Notes under the pieces: model-generated
The model's database searches: none
The model's input: only the letters and a program-made list of their open reading frames with translations
Told to the model about the DNA's origin: nothing
Made by a program: the position numbers and the translations under genes
Assembly: GCA_013239625.1 (NCBI GenBank)
Contig: MU053661.1
Location: forward strand, 62,001 to 126,000
Source: Lama guanicoe
Taxonomy: Eukaryota
Direction of reading: 5' to 3'
Length of the DNA: 64,000 nt
In this document: piece by piece, positions 38,801-50,730 of the stretch
Numbering within the stretch: position 1 is the first letter of the stretch
Layout: every line of letters begins with the position of its first letter

Positions 38801-41795
38801 ATGTTAAATTGAAAAAGTAAGCCCTAGAATGTAGCCTATAGTGTGCTATGCTTTTAACTGTGTATATATATGTCAACTAAACTCACTAAATTAAGAACAA
38901 CTACAGCTAGAGTCCAGGTGGGAGAGAGACAGATAAAAGGTGAGGTGAGCAGATTTGCTGCAGGTGAGCGAGTTCCTTTCCAGTAACATGTCATTCTCTC
39001 TGAAGCAGGAGGCAAGGCCATCTGCTGGGAGTCAGGGAAGAGACAGAGGGAAGCTTAGAGGTGTGCAGAGAGCAGAGAATGTTGACACCACTGAGTGATA
39101 AGCGGGGAAATGTGCTCACTAGAGAAATCCTGGAGGATTGCCTGGCAGTGGCAACATGGTGGGCATTGATTTGTAGTCTTAGAAATCTGTGCTGGGAGAG
39201 CCTGCTGCCTGCAGGCTCAGAACAAATAGAGCTGGGTGAACCGAGATGGAAGTCGTCCTGGTGAGGAACTGAAAAGATCAAGGGTCAAGGGGGTTTTGTT
39301 TGTCATAAAGAGAGTGCTGACTGGATGCAGAGCTGGAAGGTGGGGAAGTGGAAGTAAGACGAACGTGGACAGGCAGGAAAGCAGAGGAGTCAGTGCTTGA
39401 TGCCCCAGTGAGGGTGAAGGACGGCCAGGGAGGCTGGTGGAGAAGCAGCCGGTCGGCTAGAGGTGGGCACTTCAAGGAGAGAGGCTTGACCTGGGGTGGA
39501 GACACGCCCAGGTATGAGCCCGGGGTTAGGGTGAATTTGGGGTGGCTGGCTCAGGCTGACGGAGAAGAAGACACTACAATGACCATACTGGGTGGTGGAG
39601 GGAGAATCAACTTTGATTTCTTGATGGTAGGAGGTGAGGCAATACAGAGCTGGTGGTCCAGCTGCTCCTGACTGAGGCAGATGAGCAGGGAGGCCAGGGT
39701 GGCAGGCACTGCTAGGAAAGGATCAGGGTTTTCCAGGTGCTCCCAAGAGAGGAGGAGCAATGATCTGAAGCTGGAAAGTGAGCACAAGGAGGTCAATCCA
39801 GGCTCCTTATCAAACGGGGGTGTGTGAGGGGGCAGAGCGTCAACTCCAGAGATGGTTGCCCAGGAAGCAGGGACCACGGGTGAAGTGAGGGGACACTCAG
39901 AGAAGAGAGGGAGGAAAGTCTTCTGGGTGTAGGGGGAAGAGAGGCCCCAGGACAAAGGAGCACAGAGGCACAGTGATGAGGATGGACTGGCTCTGTTGTG
40001 ACACTGCAGGGGTGGCTGGATTTTTTTCCTGAGGGCTTAGTTTGGGGGGACTACTGGCCTCATGAGGATTCCCCTCTCAGCTGCCTTCACAGAGGCTCTC
40101 GCTCCTGAGAGCTGTGTGGCCACCACTGTTCCTGGAGGGGCTCTGCCTCCATCTTCTCTTATGAGACTTTCCTGCCCAGCACCTGACTGCCAGGAAGGGA
40201 GCCTGGGCCTCGCAGCTGCTTCCTGTGGAGCGACACAGGCTCCTCGGAGAAGCAGGGTGATCTTACTTTTCTCTGTAACCCACGGCCTAGCAAAGCGCCA
40301 GCCAATGTGTGGGACATGTAGGGGCTCTGATACTTACCGATCTAACTGAAAGCAGTAGAATAGCAGAGCTGGAGGAAGTGGCCACTGAGCTCACAGAGTT
40401 CACTGCCCACACCCCCATTCTACAGATGAGGAAACAGAGACCAAGCGTTGAAGCAGCCTTGGCCAAGGTCACGCTGCTCTTAAATGCTGGCCTGTGTCGG
40501 GCATGCCAAGTGATGAGCTGCAGTGAAGGGGCTGAGAGGGGGCTCTGGGGCTAGACAGCTTGGGTTCAAGTCCCAGCTCTGCCATTTATTAGCCGTGTGA
40601 TTAATGAATGTCCTTACCTTTAAAGTGGAACTCATAGTGGTGCCTACTCATTGGATGGTCATGAACACAGCGTTCCTGGAACAGCAGGACAGAGTTCTGT
40701 AAAGGTTTGCTGTTGCTTTGGTTGCTATTATTATCACCAAGAACCTTGAAATGAAGAACAAAGGCAGCAAGAATTTTTATTTTAAAGGGTTTTAAAATCC
40801 TCTGATGAATGGTTCATTTCATCTATTCAAGTTTGCATTTGACCCTTATTAACAACTACACAATGGATGACTTTTGAGGCAATCTTGCTTCATGTCTTTT
40901 ATTCTCACTTTCGACACAGGCTACTTAACAGGCAGCAGTTCCTTTTCCAGGAAGAGGGACAAAAAGTTAAAAATGACTCAGTGCCTCTCGGTCCCCAGTG
41001 AGTTGGTTGTGACCTGTCAACCCAGCTTTGGGGAAGTGCCCGATCCCCCTGGGCTCACTGAGCTGCCCTGCAGCCTCCAAGGGGAGCCGTACCCCCACAC
41101 GAATCCAGTCTCTTGGTTCCTATCTTTGCTTCAGATCCCTCAACGACTGCCCATGCTCCAGGGCCCCATCTGCCCCGCCAGTCTCGCCTGCTGGACTCCA
41201 GGACACTATCCTGGGTCTCAACCATCATCTGTTCCTATGACCGCCCCACTACTCTACATTTTGCCCTTCAAGTGTGGGCTCCTGTGGCTCGCCACACAGC
41301 AGGGGTCTCCCTGTCCTCCACCTTGGGTTACTGCATTGTCCTACACTGTGCCTAGAGAAACCGTGTGGAGACAGGAAGAATACAGAATAACAGGTGCTCA
41401 GAGGGGCTGCCTTTCCCACTGCAGGGGCCCTGGAGAGCTTTCTCCCAGCTTGTTATTCACAGGCGCTGAAGCTGTGGAATCTCGATCTCACCAATTTAAA
41501 GGGCATCATCGCTAATTACAAAAGCAATCATTACTTCAGTAGCAAAAGGAGAAAAGACTTTGTGTTCCCCACCTCCAACTTTTTTCCTCCACCTTCAGAT
41601 GTTTCTCATCTCTGAGCAAGGGTAGACAGCAACTCATAGAATATTATTTTTCAATGTTTTTTCCCACTCTGAAGATTGCTCTCCCAGAACCGATGAAGGC
41701 TAGAATGGTTTAGCTTTCCTGGACTGAGTTTTCAGAACCCTGGGGGGGGAGGGGAGAGGGGGAGGGGAGATAATTCAGCAATATTGAACCTAACA

Positions 41796-42639
41796 NNNNN
41801 NNNNNNNNNNNNNNNNNNNNNNNNNNNNNNNNNNNNNNNNNNNNNNNNNNNNNNNNNNNNNNNNNNNNNNNNNNNNNNNNNNNNNNNNNNNNNNNNNNNN
41901 NNNNNNNNNNNNNNNNNNNNNNNNNNNNNNNNNNNNNNNNNNNNNNNNNNNNNNNNNNNNNNNNNNNNNNNNNNNNNNNNNNNNNNNNNNNNNNNNNNNN
42001 NNNNNNNNNNNNNNNNNNNNNNNNNNNNNNNNNNNNNNNNNNNNNNNNNNNNNNNNNNNNNNNNNNNNNNNNNNNNNNNNNNNNNNNNNNNNNNNNNNNN
42101 NNNNNNNNNNNNNNNNNNNNNNNNNNNNNNNNNNNNNNNNNNNNNNNNNNNNNNNNNNNNNNNNNNNNNNNNNNNNNNNNNNNNNNNNNNNNNNNNNNNN
42201 NNNNNNNNNNNNNNNNNNNNNNNNNNNNNNNNNNNNNNNNNNNNNNNNNNNNNNNNNNNNNNNNNNNNNNNNNNNNNNNNNNNNNNNNNNNNNNNNNNNN
42301 NNNNNNNNNNNNNNNNNNNNNNNNNNNNNNNNNNNNNNNNNNNNNNNNNNNNNNNNNNNNNNNNNNNNNNNNNNNNNNNNNNNNNNNNNNNNNNNNNNNN
42401 NNNNNNNNNNNNNNNNNNNNNNNNNNNNNNNNNNNNNNNNNNNNNNNNNNNNNNNNNNNNNNNNNNNNNNNNNNNNNNNNNNNNNNNNNNNNNNNNNNNN
42501 NNNNNNNNNNNNNNNNNNNNNNNNNNNNNNNNNNNNNNNNNNNNNNNNNNNNNNNNNNNNNNNNNNNNNNNNNNNNNNNNNNNNNNNNNNNNNNNNNNNN
42601 NNNNNNNNNNNNNNNNNNNNNNNNNNNNNNNNNNNNNNN
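41796..42639. other. Assembly gap
   Basis: Run of N. Confidence 1.
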
Positions 42640-43276
42640 AAAAAAAAAAAAACTTATCACCTAATCCAGCAATCCCACTCCTGGGCATATATACAGAGGG
42701 TACCTTAATTCCAAAAGATACCTGCACCTCAAAGTTCACAGGAGCACTGTTTAAAATGGCCAAGACATAAAAGCAACCTAAACGTCCACTGACAGATGAC
42801 TGGATAAAGTTGTGGTATTTAGATATAACAAATTATTACTCAGTCGTAACAAAGAAGGAAATAAGGCCATTTACAGCAACTTGGATGGAACTGGAGATTA
42901 TCTCACTAAGAAATAAGTCAGACAAAGACAAGTATAATATGATATCATTTATATGTGGAATTTTAAAAAAAGATACAAATGAACTTATTTATAAAACAAA
43001 AACAGACTCACAGACTTATAAAGCAAACTTAGAAGTTTGGGATTAACAGATACAAATTAGTATATGTAAAACAGACAAACGACAAGGATTCACTGTAGAA
43101 CACAGGGAACAATATTCAGTATCTTGCAACCTATAATGGAAAAGAACCTGAAAATGAATAGACTATGTATATGTACAACTGAATCACTCTGCTGTATACC
43201 TGAAACTAACAAAACAGCTGTACATCTGAAACTAATAAAACATTGTAAATCAACCACATTTCAATTTAAAAAAAAA
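42640..43276 (+). mobile_element. LINE-1 3' end
   Basis: atccagcaatcccactcctgggcatata..., ends aaatcaaccacatttcaatttaaaaaaaa. Confidence 0.9.
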
Positions 43277-43744
43277 TTGATAAGCTCTAAATACCTTTAC
43301 TCAAAGAAAATCTTGAAGCCTTCCCTCTTACAAAACTTAAAATGTGTAGCTTGAGCAGGACCAAATTATACTGCATGGGCAGCTACATACCTTCTCCAGC
43401 ACGTGGCCCATGCTACACACACATCGTGTTTTCCTACAGGTAAGAACAGCCCTGAGTGCACAGGGAGCGGGTCCTTCTGGGACAAGGCCTCTGTGGCAGT
43501 GGCCACCAGGTCACCACTCCATCTCACCAGGAGTCCAGGGTTTTCAGACGTGAGGGGACATAGAGCTCATACACTTCAAATTGATTTCCCGAAAAAACTA
43601 TGGAAAAACCAAATTCACCTGCAGTGTGGGAAATATGAGCAAGGCCTCTAAGCAGACTGACAAGCCCAAAGTAAGATGGCCCGATGTTCAGATCGGAACC
43701 AGAACAACGACCACCTGGCCCCAGTTAAATGACCACCGCCTCAC

Positions 43745-43995
43745 CTGCAATGAACTGCTCGTACTCAATGTCAGGGATGTTTCTGTTGAGACTTGGGAGG
43801 TCAAAGGAGTCGGACCAGGGAATCCAGACCTGGTTGATGTCGGGGCTCTGCCAGTGGTAGAGGTGGCCCCAAGGGGATAGCACCAGTACCGGCTTCTCCA
43901 TCCTCAGCAGGGTCTTCAGGATGAAGGCAATGTGGATGCAGATGTTCCTACGGAGGCTGAAGCCCTCTGGAAGGTTGAAGTCACACAGAAGGTAC
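43745..43995 (-). pseudogene. POFUT2: POFUT2 exon 2 copy
   Basis: 251-nt exon, ccag|...|gtgagg: [83 protein letters not shown], matching POFUT2 [83 protein letters not shown] with many substitutions. Confidence 0.93.
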
Positions 43996-44259
43996 CTGGC
44001 AGGGAGCAAAGGTGAGCGGGTCTTCAGGGCCAGGCCTCTGCACAGGAATCCCGGCTTAGAACCGATACAACGGGAATCCCTGCACAGCCCATGGCCTAGA
44101 CTCCAGACACATTCAGCAGCTTCTGGTTTGTAAAGTGGAGGCACTGCCCACCCATCTCCATGTGGCCAATTACTTCAAGTCCGGGAGCAGTTGTGGAAGA
44201 CATCTTGGCGTCTGTCTAACTCCACTAAGCACCTGACTAGCACCTGAGCACCCGTTCTC

Positions 44260-44730
44260 CAGGGGCTCTCAAACTCTTGTTCTACAGAACCCTATACACT
44301 CTTAACAATTACTGAGAACCCCAAAAGTCTGCTATTTATGTGAGTTAAATCTATCAATATTTCCTGTGTTAGAAGTTGAATAAGAAGTTAGAAAAAGTGC
44401 ATGAATTCACTTAAAAATATTAACAATCTGCTGTATGTTACCATTAATACTGTTAAACAAAATATAATTCTATTTTCCAAAACAAAAATCATTAGTGAGA
44501 AGAGTAGCAGTGATTTTAATTTCTGCAAATCTCTTCCGGACTGGTGAGAGCTGAATTCTCCTATCTGCCTCTGCACTCCCTGTTTTTTGATATCACAGGC
44601 CAGGTTTTCCCTGGAAAACCCCACAGGAACTCGGGAGAGCAAGAGTGTGCAAAAGGCAGGTGACATCCCGGCATTTCTATGAAAATGGTCTTGCACCTCA
44701 GGGGCCTTGGATACACTTTGAAAACTGCTG
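44260..44730. mobile_element. hAT-family DNA transposon fossil in POFUT2 intron 1
   Basis: Imperfect terminal inverted repeats caggggctctcaaa / tttgaaaactgctg. Confidence 0.6.
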
Positions 44731-45381
44731 CCCTAACCTAGGTGAGACTCTTCTACACTAGAGCCAGGCAAGGGTCCTGGATTCTGTAATGAGTTACCAC
44801 CACCACACCCCTCCCTTCTCTGTTTCTCACAACCTCCATTACTGCAGATGAGGATGTAATCCTTAGCCAGGGCCTCTAACCCTATAAGACTGCTAACTTC
44901 AAGAGAGAGGGTCCCATCTACCATCCCTACACCCAGCATTGTTTATTTTGATTTAAGCCCTAGGTAACTGCTTATCGGCCCTGACCCATGTGTCTTATTC
45001 CTGAGGTTGACTGAACGAACCAATATCTGGAATGAACAGAAATTTCCCTGCAGATAAACAAGGCTGATAAACCACCCCATTCCAACATCTGATTCTGGGG
45101 CTCTTCAAAACCCGGGTAAGGCCCCGCTTCATCTAAGATGGGTTCTCCGCCTGCCCTTCCCGGGGGGTTCTGGGAGGCTGCGGCCACCAAGGGAGACCCA
45201 GACTCGCGGCCCCAGCCCCAGGGCCTGAGGGGGAGGAAAGCTTGAGTCTGTGCCCAAGCCCTGCCCCACCCCGCCCCAAAACGCTCCCCGGCACCATAGC
45301 CCTCCCCGGCCACCACCCCAACCCAGATCCCACCACGGTTCATGTCCACCGGCCCCGCCGACGGAGCGGAAGTACGTTTAC

Positions 45382-45487
45382 CGTCTGTGGGACGCCGCCC
45401 CAGACAGGATATCTGCCGCCTACTGACCAGGCCAGAACTAGTCGCCCGGCCAAGCAAGCCGCCAACCCCAGCAGCAAGCACCGCCAT
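45382..45487 (-). pseudogene. POFUT2: POFUT2 exon 1 copy (disrupted)
   Basis: ATG at 45487; 3' part reads *FWPGQ*AADILSGAASHR|gtaaac (POFUT2: EFWPGQSAADILSGAASRR). Two TAG stops (45440-45438, 45422-45420) and indels in the signal-peptide region. Confidence 0.9.
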
Positions 45488-45548
45488 GGTCCCAGGCAGC
45501 TACACACATCCGGATTCCGTTCCCCGCCCCAGAAGCGCACTCCGGCCC

Positions 45549-46442
45549 GCGTGGAGCGCGGCGCCTGTAACCATGGCAACGCCGCAGGGCCCTCCCCTAG
45601 CGCTTGCGTCGTGCGTCCTCCTGAGTCTAGATGTGCGAGGGCAGAACTTGCGGAGCCAATGGGAGCCAGGGCGCGGCCAGCACAGGGGTGGGGGGAGGCT
45701 TATGGGACAGCTGGGCGGGGCCGTGGAGGGTAGGGCTGCGCGGAGGTCCTCACCTGCAGGTGGCGCCGGCCGGAGGCTGGGGCGGTGCTGCCACCAGTGA
45801 GCGGGGCAGCGGGGCAGCGAGGCAGAGGGGCAGCGAGGCAGCGTGGCAGAGGGGCGGGGGCACCCTCACCTGTCCGTGTGTGGGGATCAGCCTGGGCTCC
45901 GCGGCCTCCCCTTGCACCGGACATGGACCCAGGCTGCCGGTGGGCAAGATAGAGGACTGAGCCCAGGCACGCACGGTTGGCCAGGTAGTGCACCATGCGT
46001 GGAGCGCGGCGCCTGCAACCATGGCAACTCCGCAGGGCCCTCCCCTAGCGCTTGCGTCGTGCGTCCTCCTGAGTCTAGATGTGCGAGGGCAGAACTTGCG
46101 GAGCCAATGGGAGCCAGGGCGCGGCCAGCACAGGGGTGGGGGGAGGCTTATGGGACAGCTGGGCGGGGCCGTGGAGGGTAGGGCTGCGCGGAGGTCCTCA
46201 CCTGCAGGTGGCGCCGGCCGGAGGCTGGGGCGGTGCTGCCACCAGTGAGCGGGGCAGCGGGGCAGCGAGGCAGAGGGGCAGCGAGGCAGCGTGGCAGAGG
46301 GGCGGGGGCACCCTCACCTGTCCGTGTGTGGGGATCAGCCTGGGCTCCGCGGCCTCCCCTTGCACCGGACATGGACCCAGGCTGCCGGTGGGCAAGATAG
46401 AGGACTGAGCCCAGGCACGCACGGTTGGCCAGGTAGTGCACC
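45549..46442. repeat. Near-perfect tandem duplication, period 448 bp (45549-45994 and 45997-46442)
   Basis: Direct comparison shows only two visible mismatches; the ORF track also repeats identical peptides 448 bp apart. Confidence 0.95.
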
Positions 46443-49400
46443 TGAAATGCAGATACCCCAGGCCCGCTGCCAGCCTTGAATATGCGCTGCTAGGCAGTTT
46501 CCATGAAGTCGGGATCTGTCATAAGAAGGGAGGTAGGGCTGGGGTGCCAGATGTCGGGATGGGTGCAGTCTCAGAGGAGAGACATGGTGAGAGGGCGCAG
46601 AGCGGCCCCTGTGTTGGCTGGGCTAAGAGTTTGGGGTATAGAGTGGGGGTGGTGTGAGCCTTGCTCTGTTGTCTCCCCAAGAACCCTCACTCCAGAGCAA
46701 GTGGCTCTCCGCCCCCCACCCCTCACTGCACTACCTGCCTTCCCCAGCACCACCAGGGGTGTGGTCATGTCAGGGCAGGGAAGGCCCAGGGAAGGGGCTC
46801 AATCAGGGGGAGGGGCCACTCTGTAGGGATGCTGGACCTGACAGCGATGCGGTGCTTCGGAACTCCCCTGGGATGTGTTTCTAACCAGTGGGATGGAAGG
46901 GCCTCTCCTTCCTGGGTTGCAGTTGGGGGAACTAGATCCATCATGAATGTAAGCCCTGAAAGTGGAGGCTGCAATACGTCCATTCCTGAAACGAAAAATC
47001 AGGCCCCTCCGGGCAAGGTGACTCAGAAAGTCATTCAGCAATGTTCGGGGTCCCCAGTTTAGGCTTTCAATTAGAGCTGAGCGGCTCAGGAGGCCAGATC
47101 CCTGTCCGTGGCTCCAGGAGTAGGCTTTCTGCTTGGGGACAGGATCCTCACAAACACCTGTGTCTTTGTGGGTCACTCCCCTCTGACAAGCTGGGAGGCA
47201 GGGTACAGTTGTGGAAAATCGTGTTTCCATGAGAAGAGGGCCACCAAGTGGTGGGGGCACAGGAGACAGTAAGAAAAAGTCCCACAGCCTTTCTGGAATC
47301 AAAAAACTGGCAAATGTGGAAAAGTGCATAATTTGTTTTATTGAACAGGCTGCTTATGTACGTTTGGAGGGCCAGTTTCAAAGACTCTGCATCCCTCCAG
47401 GACAATAGCCTCAAGAGTAGAACAGACAGAGTAGGAGGAGATGTTGGGTTTCTCCCAGGATTGAGGCAGAACAGGGATTTCTGCAGATTTGCAAGTAGAC
47501 CCCGACCACTGAGCACGGGGTTACAACCCCACGTGACCCTTGGCGTGTTTGGCTTGGGCTCTGGGTCTGGCCTGATCATGTATTCTTCCATCTGAGTTCC
47601 AGAAACTCAGAGGGTAGACTTAGAGGGGCTGCTCTTGGAACCCGGTGTGGAGACCGAGGGTCCTTTATCCTGAGTCCCCTCAGCCTAATCACTGTAGCTG
47701 AGTTCCAACACCACCCAGGCCCCCATGGTGGCCGTGGAGGGAGAGCAAGCCTGGCAGGTGACCCAGGGTTCCCACTGCTGTTCCCCTCCCTTATCTTTGT
47801 TCCCTTTCTCCCCGGAAGGTGTGATTGTCTCATGTCATGGTGACAAGCCATCTCTCTTCTCTGTCAGGTGGGGTCCCCACCCCCGCTCAGCCTTCTCTCT
47901 GCATGGATGCTGAAGGACCAGGCTCATTTGAAGTTCTGAGCTTGAGCAGTAAGTTGGAAACAAAGAAACCAATGGAAACAAAGAAACAAGTCATTGTGGC
48001 AAAGCTCCCCACCACAGAGAAGCTGTCCTGAGTGGAAGGGAGGGTGTGGGCATGCCCATTTGTTTCTTATCTCCCAGTGCTCTTAGCTTTCTTATTGCAG
48101 ACTTGCATGGTTACAACAAAATGATCTGCAAAACTGAAAATATTTCCTCTCTGGCTTTTACAGAAAAGGCTGACCAGCCTCTGGTTCCCATACCGGTCAA
48201 GTGATTGGAGAATATTTCCAGTTTGGAAACATCTGGGCAGGCCCAGGTTTACAAAATTCTTTAAGAGTAGTTACAGGGTTTTGCCTCTAAACATTTTTTA
48301 CGGCTGTATACTTCTGAGCTGAGGTTGTGCTGTGTAATTCTTAGCCGGGATTTTCTTAAACTGTTTCTCATTTCTTATACCAGACACCCCTAAATTCCAA
48401 GGGGAATGGGATGTTAAGGAAGCCATGGAGTTTAGGAAAATGATACAGATTTCATTTCCACATAAGCCTCGATGTATCTCCATCCTAGGCAGTATCAGTT
48501 CTGCGGTATTGATAGGGGAACTAAATAGCAACCAAATTTATAAAAAATAGTGGGTCATTGGGTACACAAGTACTTCTTTTCAACATTTTTGTAATGTTTA
48601 CAGTTTAAGATGACCATTCCTGAGAAACAGGCAGCCTCTTAGAATGAAATAACAGTTTCCCTGAACCATATTCAATTATTATTTTGCAGACAGCAGGAAG
48701 GGCAATCACACATCCAACACTTGGGGACCTCAAAGATAAAATGTAACTTTCTGAGAGCACACTCCCCCCCCGTCTCCCTCTGCTCTTTTCACTGTCCCAT
48801 TGTCCCTGAAGGCTCTTTCGTAACTCCTGCTCATGACTCTAGTAACTCTTCCTCCTCGTTCCTCAGCTGGTAAGTTTACTTTTCTACTTTGACCAAGCAA
48901 ACTGAAGCCAACAGAAGAGAACTTTCACCAGCAACTCCCAGCACATCCGCTAGCCTTCTGATGTCTGTGACCTCACTCTCACTGCCCCACCTCTTATTAC
49001 AGGTGACATCGAAAGCCAGATCATCCAAAAGTCGCCATGGGGGCCATCCATCCAATCTTCTCTGGGCTGTCACTCCCACATCCATCCTCTCTGTCACTAC
49101 CTCATCTATTTTGTTCTTCTGCTACTTGTCTCTTATCAGTATATAAAAGTCCATCCTCTTAATAGAAAGAAACAGCACTCCTTGACCCTAATTCCCCCCC
49201 ACCAATTGCCACCCCATGTCTTTGCAGCAAATCTTTAATGAGTAGTTTAAACTCACTGTCTGCATATTCTCTTGAGCCATCCCATTTTGCACCCACTCTG
49301 GCTGTTCCCCTGATCCCTTGCTCTATGGAAACTGCTCTGTCAAGGCTATCAGTGACCTCACGATGCTAAATATAGTGGCCAGTTTTTAGTGTTCATCATG

Positions 49401-50609
49401 CGTGGCCCTTTGGCATCATCTGACCCAGCCCTTCCATCCCTCCTCCCACGTGTTCCTGCTTTACTTGGCCTCCAGCCCATCGCTGTGCTTTCGATCCACT
49501 GGCTGGTCTTTTGCCAAAGTCTCCTCTTTTTCCAAACATTTACTGCGAATGTGTCCCGGAGTTGGGTCCTGCGAAACCTTTGGTGGAAGCAACCAGACTT
49601 GGAAATTGATATGCCATCATTTTCTAGACTTGTCCAAAACTCCCTGATTGGCCTTTTCCATTTGGAACTCTCTCCCTGATACTCATATTCTTTTTCTTTC
49701 ATTCATCTTGCTTTCACATTCATACATATGTTCTACTGTGTAAATTACTTTTCCAAATTTTGAATCAGTCCATACATATCATGTAAAATGCTCAGATCTC
49801 TATTATTTCCACTAAGATGCTTATTCTACCTTAGAACATTTCTGCATTTCTGTATTTATATTAATAAAGTAAATAGTATTTCTACAAGCCTCATAGTAAA
49901 ACAGTGTGTTTGTTTGGGGCTATTATGTAACATGAAATAATGATACATCAACATAGTCCTTTTTCATTTAATTTTATGTAACACCAAGATGAGGTTTTTG
50001 CACTGAAGACTGGCTTTATTGAAATTTTACCTACGTTATGGACAGTCAGTTTATGTGAAAGCCCTCATTTCTCCCCTTTTCTGATATATTTTCCATTTGG
50101 CCAGTATAACATATAACTTGGCATGAAATAAAATTCCAAATTCATTCACATAATAAAATTAATATATTTAAATTATATTTTTTAAAGTTAAAAAGAAAGA
50201 AAAAAACCCCAGACTCCTCTACCTATTAGGCATTTCGGTGGCAATATCTAATAGACTCCTTAACCATGACATTGAAGAACTGAGCTGAGTCTAGCCCCTT
50301 TCCACCTTCTCAGCACCATCTTGTCCCATCCCCTGTGGATGGAGAGGACATCCATCCCATTTTCCAGGTCCAGATGTTGCAACCATATTCTTTCTCTCTC
50401 TTTCTCTTAAACACACACACACAGCAAATCCAGCTTGCTAGAAAATTCTGGCTACTCTGTCTTCATTAACCACCTACTCCCTGTTCCCCACCCTCCTAGG
50501 AGCCACCTTCAGCCCCTTCTTGGACACCAAATAGCCTCCTTCTTCCATCTTTGTTTTTCTACAATTTCATCCACACAGAGTCAGAGGGAGCCTATAAAAG
50601 CATACATTG

Positions 50610-50730
50610 AGGGGGTGGGTGTAGCTCAGTGATAGAGCGCATGCTTAGCATGCATGAGATCCTGGGTTCAAACCACAGCACCTACACAAAAATAAATAAA
50701 TTACCCTCCCCCCGAAAAAAAACAAAACAA
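50610..50730 (+). mobile_element. tRNA-derived SINE (vic-1-like) with target-site duplication
   Basis: gtagctcagtgatagagcgcatgcttagcatgcatgagatcctgggttcaaacc; TSD aaagcata(c/a)attg. Confidence 0.88.

Larger units (their letters stand above)
45140..46480. promoter_or_regulatory. CpG island/promoter inherited from POFUT2, with RFX X-box, CCAAT and ETS motifs
   Basis: CpG-dense. GTAACCATGGCAAC at 45567-45580 (variant GCAACCATGGCAAC at 46015-46028), CCAAT at 45656 and 46104, GCGGAAGT at 45366. Confidence 0.75.

Noticed and set aside
40874..41515. 213-aa ORF
   Set aside because: Non-ATG start, no recognisable domain or splice structure.
41710..42770. 300+ aa ORFs
   Set aside because: Artefacts of translating through N runs (also at 10.2, 32.3 and 33.4 kb).
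43725..45487. Functional POFUT2 gene
   Set aside because: Exon 1 has two stops and indels; exon 3 onward not found (although a gap lies downstream).
50610..50690. tRNA gene (also 2357, 6660, 10701)
   Set aside because: A/B boxes with A-rich tails and target-site duplications indicate SINEs; no proper cloverleaf.
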